Below are positions 1 through 11,365 of a stretch of 64,000 nt of DNA, in pieces (position 1 is the first letter of the stretch; each line of letters begins with the position of its first letter). The DNA is taken from contig NC_083224.1 of NCBI RefSeq assembly GCF_032191835.1, positions 34,162,001-34,226,000 of the forward strand. Reading direction: 5' to 3'. The DNA comes from Heteronotia binoei (Eukaryota). The translations under genes and the position numbers were made by a program. The notes below the pieces were generated by a model. The model was given only the letters and a program-made list of their open reading frames with translations, was not told where the DNA came from and did no database searches.

Positions 1-757
1 TGTCTCTCCCATCCCTTGCACATTCCTTTAGGTTTATATATACCAACAATAAGCCGGCAACTCCCAAGTTTGAGACAGCACCAGAAAGTTATGTAGAGAT
101 GCAAAGTTGGTTGAGGCGTTTTCAATTATGGCAGCTCTTGCAGGTGATTTTATGAACCCAATGCAATGCCTGAAAATGTCCTTTGGAGCAAGTTTTATTT
201 ATCATTTAATAACACCTATAAGTGCAGCTCTGCTCATCAAACGCATCAAGGCATCATTTCATTAAACTGCAGCAGCCCAGTGGGATTACGATCACTTAAT
301 TAGATGTACTTTTATTAATGATCCCAGAAGCTTTGAAATAACCAGGACCATCTTTTTCATGCCGCAAATAGAGAGGATTCTTTCCCTACCTCTCCAAAAG
401 CTAATAAAAAAGGGAATTTTGTTGGCTGAATAAAAGCTCGTCTGCTATTTCATGCCTGGCAAAAACAAGTCGCTGTGACGCAAAGGAAGACAGGAAAGAA
501 ATTTTCCTCTTGCCAGCTAAGGAATACTAAAGTTCTGTCTCATTTTATGAAAAGATTCAAGGATATACCTCAAAACATACCTGTCATCATCTTCTCTTTT
601 TTTAGCATGTTTTTTCCTGTTGATTCTAAAGAAATTAATTTCAGCAACAGAGTGGCATGTGCTGGCATCATGGTCCTGGGTGAGGCCAATATGGCGCTGT
701 CCCATTGCACATTGGCTTTAACCATGCTCTGACAAATCTGAGAGGAATGCCATTTGA

Positions 758-1054
758 GGAAAAAGGAAAGGTCCCCTGTGCAAAGGTCCCGTTTCCAACT
801 CTGAGGTGATGTTGCTTTCACAACGTTTTCACGGCAAACTTTTTACAGGGTGGTTTGCCACTGCCTTCCCCAGTCATCTACACTTTCCTCTCAGCAAGCT
901 GGGTACTCATTTTACCGACCTCGGAAGGATGGAAGGCTGAGTCAACCTCGAGCCGGCTACCTGAAAACCCAACTCCCACCAGGAATCGAACTCAGGTCAT
1001 GAGCAGAGCTTAGGACTGCTATACTGCAGTTTTAACACTCTGCACCAGGGGCTC
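758..1054 (-). mobile_element. Sauria SINE
   Basis: Characteristic core tgggtactcattttaccgacctcggaaggatggaaggctgagtcaacc; tRNA-like head at the right end. Confidence 0.75.
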
Positions 1055-1297
1055 TTTTATTTCATTTGAGAGGAATCCCATAAATGTCCAGTGACACCTT
1101 AAAGACTTAGATTTATTGTGACAGAAGCTACTGGGGACTAGCATCTGACAATGTGGGGTCACAATCTATGGAAGTTTCTGCCATAGCCTATCTGTTAGAT
1201 TCACACCATTCCCACCCTAAATAGAGCTGCACCTTTCCAAGTCTGTTGAAGCCAATGGGGTAAGAAAAGCGTAACTCTTTCAGGGTGGTGTTGTAAG

Positions 1298-1514
1298 CAA
1301 TGTTCCCTCTAAGCTGAGTTAGCATGAGCTAGCTCACAGATTTTTAGCCTCCAGCTCACACCTTTTTGTCTTAGCGCAGGAAAAAATGGCCCCAGAACAC
1401 AATAATTTATGGCGTAGCTCACAACTTTAATGCCAGTAGCTCACAATTTTAATACCAGTAGCTCACAAAGTAGAATTTTTGCTCACAAGACTCTGCAGTT
1501 TAGAGGGAACATTG
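1298..1514. mobile_element. hAT MITE (TIR CAATGTTCCCTCTAA)
   Basis: Terminal inverted repeats; perfect 8-bp TSD GTTGTAAG on both sides. Confidence 0.85.
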
Positions 1515-3909
1515 GTTGTAAGGCTCCTTTTAGCTAACCTTCCTGGACCTGATAGCTTTTTTTAAGCAGCACTCCCACCCCTCCTGCAAGCTAGCGGCGC
1601 TACAGGCTTTTGTTTTTAAATGTTATGCCTATGTTGTACACTGCTCTGAGCCCGGCTTGATTCTAATTAAATATATACATATCAAATTTCTAGGGTGACT
1701 ATCCCAGCTCAGATCTGCCAGTTTCTTCCAGCAGAGGCAACTAAATCAATAGTTCCACCTGCTGACTGTTCAAGAGGCATGCAGGTTGCTTGCATTTGCA
1801 CTCTGTGGTTAACCACATTCCAAAAAAAAAAAAACAACAACCCCAAACCTGTGAATGAAATCAAGATTGCTACAGCAAACCATGGAAGAGATTTAAATGG
1901 TTCCTTGAATTCCACTACAAATGTTTGAACTTCAAAGAGATGAGACTGTACTAATTTGGCCCCGGACTAGCCACTGTGGCGTGTTAAAGCTGACCTGTTA
2001 AAGCACCAGCCAATAATTTATTTGCTTCGTTTATACTTTCCCTTTCTCCCCAGTGGGGACCCACAGTTGCTTATATCATTTTTCTCACCTCCATTTTATC
2101 CTCACAATTACCTTATAGGGTAGGTTAGGCTTACAGTGTGTGACTAGGTCAAGGTCACTCCAGCAAAATTCCATGGTGGGGTGAGGATTCGAACATGGGT
2201 CTCCTAGATCCTAGTCTTGACATTTTAACCAGTATACCACACTGACAATAACCCAATTAAGCCCTTCAAGATCTATTATGCACAATTATCATTAAGATAA
2301 TATTCGCTCGGTGTGCTTGCATTTTCTTGGCATAGAATTCACTTTAGAGACAACCTCTATTTATTTATTTACTTGGAGACTGCCTTTCCCTTACAATACA
2401 CAAACATGCACCAGTTAAGTCCATTAAAATAAAACACACTGTGAAACCACACCATATGTACCCCAACAAAACAGTACAGCCTACAAGAAAAGATCCAAGA
2501 AAATCAGCAGAAGCCCTCTAAAATAGCACTGCCATGCAAGCTCATCTAAAGGGATGTTCACTTGGCAGTCCATCCTTTGGGAGCGGAGCCACCATCAAAA
2601 AAGCCCTACGATAGGCTACAAATGACCTAATTTAACAGTAGATCAGAGAGCAGAAGTCATCGGGCAGAACAGAAGTAGAGAAGCTGTCATAACAAAAGCT
2701 GCTCCTTCAAGCAGAGCAATATACAATAATTGGAGACTATTTACAAACGAGGGTTTTGACAAGTGAAAATGTTTTAATCAAATTTATTGACAATTCCAAG
2801 CTATTGTCTTGGCCCCTGCAAAGTTATTACACACTGTTATGTATTGGAACTGGAGTTTGGCCTTAGGGCCAGCAGAGACTTGGCTAAGCTTGAGACCCTA
2901 AAACAATAGCCACCTGTGTGTAATGGGATGAAGGTAATGGGTTTTTGAGTGGGGAGGTCTGCATGCATATAAGCAGGGCCGTTGGTCCTGCCAGACAATT
3001 CTGTTCCTTTCTCACTATGCTGAATCACTGAATAAAGAGCTGAACTCACTATCTCTTGGGCATTCTCATGCTTTGAACCCAGAACATTATACACACCCTC
3101 TCTCTCAAACAATCCTTTGCATGTCAAATCAAAAGCAAGTCCTACTGAGGTCAAAGGGGTTCACTTCCTTCTTAGCAAATATATCAAATGGGAGCCAGTG
3201 TGATGTATTTGTTAAGTGTGTGGTGTGGTGTATTTGTTAAGATCTAGTATCTGGGAGGCCTCAGGTTCAAATCCCCACTCCTGCCATGAAAGCTTGCTGG
3301 ATGCCCTTGGGCCAGTCACACTCTTAGCCTAGCCTACCTCACAGGGTTGTGAGGATAAAAGGAAGGAGAAAATACTGTAAGCCACTTCGGGTCATCTGCA
3401 TTGGATAGAAAGGCAGGGTACAAATGATTTAAATAAACCTTATTTGTCAAGCAACTTTTCTGCTGGAAATCAGTATTCACCCAGTGCCTGGAAGTGTCTG
3501 GGACTGCTGTGATTTGAAGGGATTCACTTCATATAAAACTGACAGCCACCCAGCAGCGCCCATTCTGGAGAGTGTGCACATAACTAGTGCAATTTGTTTT
3601 TAAATTCTTTCATTTAAATGTGTCTTAACTATTTATTAATCCATGTGCTATTGAGAAGCTGAATGGCTTACTTATTTGTCTGTAATCTGCCCTCAGCCCA
3701 CTTGCGGGAGGGTGGAACATAAATATGAAAAATAAAAATAAATACATACTGAAAGTCTGAAATAAGGTAGTCTGACTATTCCATCACTTTCACAAAAGTG
3801 GAATTAAAAGCAAGTACCACCACCCCTCCAGTTCAGAATCATAAAAGAAACGAGGGAGCAACTTGCATGTTAAGTCGGAATTCTTCGGCATGTCATGTAG
3901 ACGCACACT

Positions 3910-4625
3910 CATAAGAACATAAGAAAAGTCATGTCGGATCAGGCCAATGGCCCATCCAGTCCAACACTCTGCGTTGCACAGTGGCCAAAAAAACCAGGTG
4001 CCATCAGGAGGTCCATCAGTGGGACCAGGACACTAGAAGTCCTCACACTGTGCCCCCACAAAGCACCAAGAATACAGAACATCACTGCCCCAGACAGAGT
4101 TCCAACAATACACTATGGCTAATAGCCAATGATGGACCTCTGCTCCATGTTTATCCAATCTCCTCTTGAAGCTGGCTATGCTGGCAGCCGTCACAACCTG
4201 TGGCAGTGAATTCCATATGTTAATCACCCTTTGGGTGAAGTACTTCCTTTTATCAGTTCTAACCCGACTGCTCAGCAATTTCATTGAATGTCCACGAGTT
4301 TTCGTACTGTGAGAAAGGGAGAAAAGCAGGGCTTTTTTCAGCAGGAACTCACAGGAACACAGTTCCGGCTGGCTTTGTGTCAGGGGGTGTGGCTTAATAG
4401 GCAAATGAGTTTCTGCTGGGCTTTTTCTACAGAAAAGCCTTATGTGAAACAATGGCGACATCAGGGGGTGTGGCCTAATATGCAAATGATTCCTGCTGGG
4501 CTTTTTCTAGGAAAAAGGCCCTGGAGAAAAGTACTTATTTTCTCCATTGTAACTTATGGGAATAATGGAGTGCCCAGCAGACATTTCAGTTCCCTCCTCG
4601 CTTTCTGATGACCCTGACCGGGCAG
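3910..4625 (-). mobile_element. CR1 LINE 3' fragment interrupted by a hAT MITE
   Basis: cataagaacataag tail; minus-strand translation RTDKRKYFTQRVINIWNSLP matches the CR1 ORF2 C-terminus. Confidence 0.85.
4327..4523. mobile_element. hAT MITE (TIR CAGGGCTTTTTT) nested in CR1
   Basis: Perfect TSD GAGAAAAG at 4319-4326 and 4524-4531. Confidence 0.85.
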
Positions 4626-5419
4626 GGAGGGCCTTCAATCCAGGGGATCCCCTGCCCCCACCTTGGTTTTGGTAACCCTACTCTCGCTGCACCTGCTTGC
4701 AGAGGTGGAAATTGGGGGTAATGGGCAGGATGGGCGAGGGCCTCCTCGTGGAAACAAAAGCAAGCGTACTCACGCTTTACATGAAAGGAAGTCCTGCTGA
4801 CTTCCGCGGGCTCTCCTTAAGGCTGCGGAAAGGGATGGAGAGGGGGATAAACTTCCGGAGACCGGGGAGCTGGGAAAGCCGGCCGATTAGTCTGCACATT
4901 CATGATTCCTGCATCCGGGGGGTTCTTGTCTGTGTGGCTTTCAGCGGGCCTGGCTTTGCCTCCCCAGTGGGCCCTAGAAGATTAGGAGCGGGATTGGGTG
5001 GGGGAAGTGGGAGGGCTTCTAGTGTCCCGGCCCTACTGCTGGATCTCTTGATGGCACTTGGTTTTTTTGGCCACTGTGTGACATAGAGTGTTACACTGGA
5101 TGGGCCATTGGCCTTATCCAACATGGCTTCTCTTATGTTATGATATTGTAGGGGTTGGGCTCGCACATGGTCGGTTTCGCGGTATTTCGGCTCACCGCAA
5201 AGATCTTCCCCACGTGCTTTTTTCTTTTGCCAGAATTCAGCGAACCGGGCACAAAGGTTAGAAGCGGCGGCACATGTTTTCCACGCCGGAGGGAGTCAGT
5301 TCAAGCCCTGGCACTCGCAAGGGGGCGCGCCCCGGCCAAATCTCCCCGCCCTGGAGAAAGCAAGAACACGAGCGCGCACCCAAGCCTGGAGTTGCGAGAG
5401 ACGCTCGTGGAGGGATCCC

Positions 5420-5434
5420 TGAACCCGCTCACCT
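5420..5434 (-). promoter_or_regulatory. CYP24A1: Proximal vitamin D response element (DR3): AGGTGA-gcg-GGTTCA
   Basis: Plus strand TGAACC cgc TCACCT, about 200 bp upstream of the TATA box. Same orientation and AGGTGAgcg half as the mammalian proximal CYP24A1 VDRE (from memory of the known element). Confidence 0.85.
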
Positions 5435-5584
5435 CTCCGCCTGCGCTCCTCCAGCCCTTCCCCTTGGCCTTCGGCCCGAATCGAAGGGGAGGGAGGGAGG
5501 GGGGGTGTAGGTAGGGGAGGTTTGGGCTGAAAGGCGCTGTGCCCGCCCTGCCAAACTTCCCCCGGGGCTCCCCTCCCCTCCCTT

Positions 5585-5592
5585 CCAATTGG
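5585..5592. promoter_or_regulatory. CYP24A1: CCAAT box (palindromic CCAATTGG)
   Basis: CCAATTGG about 40 bp upstream of the TATA-like element. Confidence 0.55.
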
Positions 5593-5626
5593 CCCTGGAG
5601 GAAAGTCCGGCGCCCGGCCCGAATAC

Positions 5627-5633
5627 TATATAT
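5627..5633 (+). promoter_or_regulatory. CYP24A1: TATA box (TATATAT); TSS predicted near 5655-5665
   Basis: Only TATA-like run in the GC-rich promoter; followed by an ATG-free leader of about 480 nt up to the start codon at 6137. Confidence 0.65.
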
Positions 5634-6136
5634 GCCTCGTTCCGTGCCCTCGACGGGAACTCAGCCGGGAGAGCGCGAAGCATCTCGTTTCTTCAGATCC
5701 GGGATAGCAGCGGCTGGATCCCTCCAATTTTGCTTGCCGTTGTCTAGGGAGAGATCCCTTTACGCTGTACATCCCGACGGCACTGCTCAGATCCCCTCCA
5801 GCAAGGCTTTGCTGCCAAGGAGACGCCTTCCTAATATATTCCCTGATCCTCCAAGATCTTCCCTTTCTGCAACTAGATTCCTGCCTCTTCGGTTCTTAGC
5901 AGCCGGCGGAGGATTCCCTGTAGAGTCCCTTTCGGTCTCCTGGGAGTTAAGATTCCCTCCTCCCAAGAGCGCCTCCTCACGCGCTTTCCTGCCTGCCTTG
6001 CAAGCAACCCTCCTGCCCCAATAGGTGAGGCTAGATCGGGTTAGAGCCACCCCCGGCCGAGAGATCCCAGCTAGCTCCGTGCGCCACGTGCACCCGGCCA
6101 GATCCCGCTTTCCTCCAGCGCTCTGTCCCCGAAGCC

Positions 6137-6409
6137 ATGGCCGCCTCCTCCTCCTTCAAGCGAGCCCCGCTGCTCGGCTCCCTGCTGAAGCGCCAGGGTC
6201 AACGTAGCGCGCCGGCTACTCCGCACCAGCAACAACTGCTGCCCACCTCGTCGGTGTCCGCCTTGCAGCCGAAGGAGGAGGCGCCGGCTTGCCCTTTCCA
6301 CTCTCCCCACTCGCTCTCCGCCCTGCCTGGCCCGACCAAGTGGCCCCTGGTGGGCAGCCTCTTCGACATCCTGCGGAAAGGTGGCCTCAAGAAGCAGCAC
6401 GAGACGCTG
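6137..6409 (+). CDS. CYP24A1: CYP24A1 coding exon 1 (mitochondrial targeting peptide to LPGPTKWPLVGSL...KQHETL)
   Basis: GCCATGG Kozak context; basic Ser-rich leader; LPGP-W-LxGS motif; GGLKKQHETL typical of CYP24A1; donor GTAAGT at 6410, phase 0. Confidence 0.95.
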
Positions 6410-6542
6410 GTAAGTCGCCCCGCCTCCCAAGCTGCCTGCACAAGCAACCCCAGGCAGCCATTGGTGGGGGGCAAGGGCTTCAAAGCCCAGCTACTGCTTT
6501 GCACGTGGAAGGTCCCAGGCCCAATCCCCAGTGATTCTAGGA

Positions 6543-6853
6543 CAGGGGTGGCCAAACTAGCTTAATGCAAGAGCCGCATAGAATAAATGCCAAATGTTTG
6601 AGAGCTGCAAGGTGTGTACATCGATGTTTGAGAGCCTCAGGGAAGGAAGGAAGATAAATAGATGGGGAGGGAAAGGAGGAAAGAAAGCAACTTTAAATGC
6701 ATTTTCCAAGCCATCAGCTGGCTTGATGAAGTGATTTAAAGAGACAAATGCCTTTTCCAAGCCTGCTGATGGGGGGGGGGGCTTCAAGAGCCACACAATA
6801 TGTGTGGAAGAGCCACATGTGTCTCCCAAGCCACAGTTTGGCTGCCCCGCCTG
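6543..6853. mobile_element. Charlie-like hAT MITE (TIR CAGGGGTGGCCAAAC) in intron 1
   Basis: Perfect TSD TTCTAGGA; a related copy starts at 8663 in opposite orientation. Confidence 0.8.
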
Positions 6854-7188
6854 TTCTAGGAAGAGGGTGCTGGGAAACCCTGGAGAATCATTGCTGGGTG
6901 ATCTGGCAGACTGTCTCAGCTCTGATGTTCATCTTGCATGAAAGGTGAGCATTGGAGCTCCTGCAGATGATGCTGCAATTGGACCTCTTGGTGTAACCTG
7001 AGAGCTGCACTTCAGAATCTTCTGTGACTTTTGCAAGGCATCCTGGGATGAACCTCTTGGAGGGTGCAGTGAAGTTGTTTGGGTTAACCAGATTGTCTTG
7101 ACATGATCCTAGTGTCCAGATCAGCACCTTGGGTCTGACAGGAGAGTTATTGCCCCCTTCCGGGAGAGTTTTCTGCCTCCTACATGCA

Positions 7189-7395
7189 CACACTTGGCTC
7201 AGTGCTGGAGCATCTGCTTGGCATGCAGAAGGTCCTAGGTTCAGTTCCCAGCATCTCCTGTTTAAAAAGGAAGAGAGGGATGAGACAATAGATGATGTGA
7301 AAGACCTCTGCCTGAGACCCTGGAGAACCACAGCCCAGTCTGAGTAGATGGTATGGACTTTGATGGGTCTGATCGAGGCACCTTCATTTGTGTTC
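7189..7395 (+). mobile_element. tRNA-derived SINE (related copies about 8068-8255, 15405-15585 and 35140-35340 on minus)
   Basis: A-box tggctcagtg and B-box ggttcagttcc followed by a shared body cctgagaccctggaga...ctgagtaga. Confidence 0.7.
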
Positions 7396-7403
7396 TGCTG
7401 CAG

Positions 7404-7594
7404 GTTGATTACCACCACAAGTTTGGCAAGATCTTCCGCATGAAACTGGGCGCCTTTGACTCGGTGCACATCGGCGCACCCTGCTTGCTCGAGGCTCTCT
7501 ATAGGAAAGAAAGCACCTACCCGCAGCGCCTGGAGATCAAGCCCTGGAAAGCCTACCGGGACTACAGGGGCGAGGGCTACGGACTGCTCATCCT
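7404..7594 (+). CDS. CYP24A1: CYP24A1 exon 2 ([16 protein letters not shown]...YGLLIL)
   Basis: CAG acceptor, GTGAGT donor, 191 bp; [16 protein letters not shown] is diagnostic of CYP24A1. Confidence 0.97.
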
Positions 7595-7744
7595 GTGAGT
7601 GGGAATGGGTCTGGGGCATTCCTGGGCTCTGAAGCCTGTCTAGGGGAAGGAGTCCTGATTCTCTGGTGTTAGGAGGGAGACATGCACCTTCTCTCCTTGA
7701 AGCCACTAGGCATTGCAGAATTCACTGCGAAACAGATTAGATAT

Positions 7745-7930
7745 GGTAGAAAAGAGTAAGAGTCCAGTAGCACCTTAAAGACTAACAAAATCTGTGGTAG
7801 GGGATGAGCTGTTGTGAGTCACTGCTCACTTCTTCAAATAACACAAAAGCTCATCCCTTGCCACACATTTTGTTAGCCTTTAAGGTATTACTGGACTCTT
7901 GCTCTTTTCTGCTGCTGCAGACAGACTAGC
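7745..7930. mobile_element. Penelope-derived inverted-repeat fragment
   Basis: Arms gagtccagtagcaccttaaagactaacaaaa and ttttgttagcctttaaggtattactggactc; related copies near 9150-9320, 18290-18480, 23925-24140, 55300-55400. Confidence 0.55.
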
Positions 7931-8795
7931 AGAGCTGCCCATCTAGATTGGATTTGGTTAGTTATTGCACCCCAAGTGATGTGAAGTGGTGGTGGAAAGT
8001 GCTATCAAGTCCCAGCTGACTTATGTCGAACCCATAGGAGTTTGAAAGCAAGAGATGATTTGGGGAGGGATGGTGGCTCAGTGGTAAAGCATCTGCTTGG
8101 TAAGGACAAGGTCCCAGGTTCAATCCCTGACATCTCCAACTAAAAAGGGTCCAGGTAAATAGTGAAAAACCTCAGCTTGAGACCCTGGAGAGCCGTTGCC
8201 AGTCTGAGTAGACAATACAGACTTTGATGGACCAAGGGTCTGATTCAGTAGATAATCAGGCCAGATGTTGCTTAGCTTCCAAGATCTGATGAGATTGGGA
8301 TAGCCTGGCCCATTCAGGCCAGGGCGCAGAAGTACAGAACCTGAATTCCCCATGTTTCTAAGCCCACACTGATCAAGGCTGGATACCTAATGAATTTTAG
8401 GTGGTTTTCATGTGTGATATCCATTCCTCTTCCCAAAAAAGTCTTTGAGCATCTCTCATTCTCTGCCATGACTGATTTTTTAAAAATATATAGTTCAGAA
8501 AACTTACGTATGTTCTGGCCTTACAAGACCTATTTAAGCACCTATAAAATATCATTAGTCTGCAATCCCATTTTGAAGACAAGACTATGCCAAACGGTTG
8601 TATATCAGAGCAGTCTGCTAATTTGGGATGGGTTTCAAGTGGGTAACCATGTCCGTCTAAAACAGGGGTGGCCAAACTGTGGCTCTCTCACACAAATGGT
8701 TTGGCTTTCAAAGCCCCATCACCCCATCAGCTGGCTTGGAAAAGACATTTGTCTCTTTAAATCACTTCTCCAAGCCAACCAGAGGCTTGGAGAAT

Positions 8796-10083
8796 GCATT
8801 TAAAGTAACTTCCTTTCCCCCTCTCTCTCTCTTCTCCCATCATTTTTCCTTCCTGCCTGCCTGCTCTCAAACATCTGACATTCATGTCTTGTAGCTCTCA
8901 TCTGACTTTTATTCTGTGTGGTTCTTATAAGAAGTTTGGCCACCCCAGTCTATAACAGTAGAACAAAGTTTGAGCGCAGTGGCATTTAAAGTAACTTCCT
9001 TTCCACCTCTCTCTCTCTCCTTCCATCATTTTTCCTTCCTGCCTGCCTGCTCTCAAACATCTGACATTCATGTCTTATAACTCTCATCTGACTTTTATTC
9101 TGTGTGGTTCTTATAAGAAGTTTGGCCACCCCAGTCTAAAACAGTAGAACAAAGTTTGAGTGCAGTGGCACCTTTGAGACAAACAAAGTTTCAATTCTAG
9201 GAATAAGTTTTTGTGTGCATGCACACTGTATCTGAAGAAGTGTGCAGGCACATTAAAGCTTGTATACAGAATTAAATTTTGTTCGTCTTAAACGTGCCAC
9301 TGCACTCGAACTTTGTGTTAAGGATGTACACTTTCGGTTCAAAATGGGTTCCTTCTGATTTCTGTACAAATTTACAGCCATTGCAGCAAATGGGATTAAG
9401 ACCACTTTTGTACTTGGATCAAGTCACTTGGTTGCAGAGTTTGGAAGCTGGTTAATTGCATCAGAGCTTGGAAGCTAATTACGGTTGGTTCTTGAATGGA
9501 AGGCCATCAAGGAAGAGACTGCAGAGGAAGGTGATGGCAAGCCACCTCTGCTCATCTCTTTCCTTACAAATCCCACGAGGTGGAACTTGATGGGATTGAC
9601 ATGAGTTGGCTGCAACTCAGTACCACAGTTTACCTTACTATATCATTTCTGAATGCTGTTGATGTGGAAGAGAAAGTCAGGAGATAAGTGTTTTTAGAGC
9701 AAAAGGCCATTTTTAGCCACCACTTGATTCAGAGAGAAGTGCAAAATATAGAGGAAACACAATACAGATACAGCCTAAAGTATGATGCATTTGCATCTAA
9801 GACCACTTTTTTTAAACATATTGCTCAATCTAAGTGGTGCCCGAAAATAAGTTTTTTTGGGGTAAATTTTTTGGGAGGAAAGTAACTTCCTTTCCACCTC
9901 TCTCTCCCTCCTCCCATCAATTTTCCTGCCTGCCTGCTCTCAAACATCTGCCATTCATGTCTTGTAGCTCTCATCTGACTTTTATTCTGTGTGGTTCTTA
10001 TATTAAAGAAGTTTGGCCACCCCGGTCTAAAACAGTAGAACAAAGTTTGGGTGCAGTGACACCTTTAAGGCAAACAAAGTTTT
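8796..10083 (+). repeat. Local triplication of a 186-205 bp MITE-end plus flank unit (8796-8981, 8982-9190, 9879-10083)
   Basis: Directly visible near-identical direct repeats starting aaagtaacttcctttcc. Confidence 0.9.
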
Positions 10084-10451
10084 ACTTGTAAGTTAATTTT
10101 ACAGTAAGAGTAGTTCAGCCATGGAATTGGCTGCCTTAACCTCATGATCTTATTTTTCTAAGTCCTATAAATGTGGGTCTTGGCTAAAGGACGCTTACAG
10201 TACCGTAGCATTACACTCTTTTAAACCCATTGTCTTCAGTACACTTATGACAGTGTAATTCTGCTCAGGATCATTCTGTTCATGTAATTCTTGACATTTA
10301 GCAGCCATTGGCATTGGCTGGTATTCCTTGTGAGGCTCCCCAAAATACTAAGAGAAAACACCCACATCAAAAGAACCTCTGCAAATGAATATGATAAGAT
10401 TTGTTTAAAATGAGGATCTCTTTAATTCTTTGTGCTTTTTATTTTGTGCAG

Positions 10452-10545
10452 AGAAGGGAAGGACTGGCAGAGAGTAAGAAGCGCTTTTCAGCAGAAGTTA
10501 ATGAAGCCCACAGAGATTGTGAAGCTGGATTCCAAAATCAACGAG
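10452..10545 (+). CDS. CYP24A1: CYP24A1 exon 3 ([19 protein letters not shown]...KINE)
   Basis: CAG/GT boundaries, 94 bp, frame continues from exon 2; WxxxR C-helix motif. Confidence 0.96.
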
Positions 10546-11029
10546 GTACCAGATTGGGGTGGGGGTGTTGTGCTTGATGGTTATTCTCAGAATCAATGAA
10601 ACGTCAAGAAATCTTGTCATTTAAGACTTATCCAGATACAGATGCTGCTGAAGATTTTGAAGAGTCTGCTTGGTATGGGTATTTTCACTGCTTGAAAAGG
10701 ACTGTCAAAGAACTGTCTCTGAAAACACCCCCCCAGTGTGGTAGAATCCTCCTTGCATTGTTTCATTTCAGACCCATATAAAGGGAATGAATTTTTGAAT
10801 GCTCCTGAAAATGATACTTTTATTTATTTAAAATATTTATGTATCTTTTTTTCCCTTCCAGTTCAAAGTAGTTTTATAAGTGGGAAATTAAGAACATAAT
10901 AACATAAGACAGGAGTGGCCAATGGTAGCTCTCCAGATGTTTTTTTTGCCTACAACTCCATGGCCAATGGCTGGGGCTGATGGGAGTTGTAGGCAAAAAA
11001 CATTTGGAGAGCTACCATTGGTCACCCCT

Positions 11030-11365
11030 GACATAAGAGAAGCCATGTTGGATCAGGCCAGTGACCCATCCAGTCCAACACTGTGTGTCACACAGTGGCC
11101 AAAAAAACCCGTGCCATCAGGAAATCCACCAGTGGGGCCTGGACACCAGAAGCTCTCCACTATGCCCCCCCATGCACCCAAAATACAGAGCATCACTGCC
11201 CCCAGACAGAGAGTTCCAACGATAAGCTGTGGCTAATAGCCACTGATGGACCTCTGCTCTATATGCTTATCCAGTCTCCTCTTGAAGCTGGCTATGCTTG
11301 TAGCCGCCACCACCTCCTATGGCAGTGAATTCCATGTGTTAATCACACTTTGGGTGAAGAAGTAT
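11030..11365 (-). mobile_element. CR1 LINE 3' fragment
   Basis: cataagagaagccatgttggatcagg tail, same family as 3910. Confidence 0.8.

Larger units (their letters stand above)
5150..6450. promoter_or_regulatory. CYP24A1: CpG-rich island spanning CYP24A1 promoter and exon 1
   Basis: Visibly high GC and dense CpG (cgcg, gccg) against an AT-rich, CpG-depleted background; overlaps TATA box and first coding exon. Confidence 0.8.

Noticed and set aside
1-700. PFDN4 exon or upstream conserved element
   Set aside because: No prefoldin-like coding sequence or splice-bounded ORF recognised; conservation cannot be judged from sequence alone
5289-5303. Second promoter VDRE GAGGGA-gtc-AGTTCA
   Set aside because: Upstream half-site is too degenerate to call without binding data
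7189-7260. tRNA-like A/B boxes (also at other SINE heads)
   Set aside because: SINE heads continuing into shared SINE bodies; no complete cloverleaf, so not tRNA genes
6888-7706. 272-aa antisense ORF
   Set aside because: Shadow of CYP24A1 exon 2 plus a SINE; no independent evidence
8796-9190. CRISPR-like or regularly spaced array
   Set aside because: Eukaryotic DNA; direct duplications without unique spacers and no cas genes
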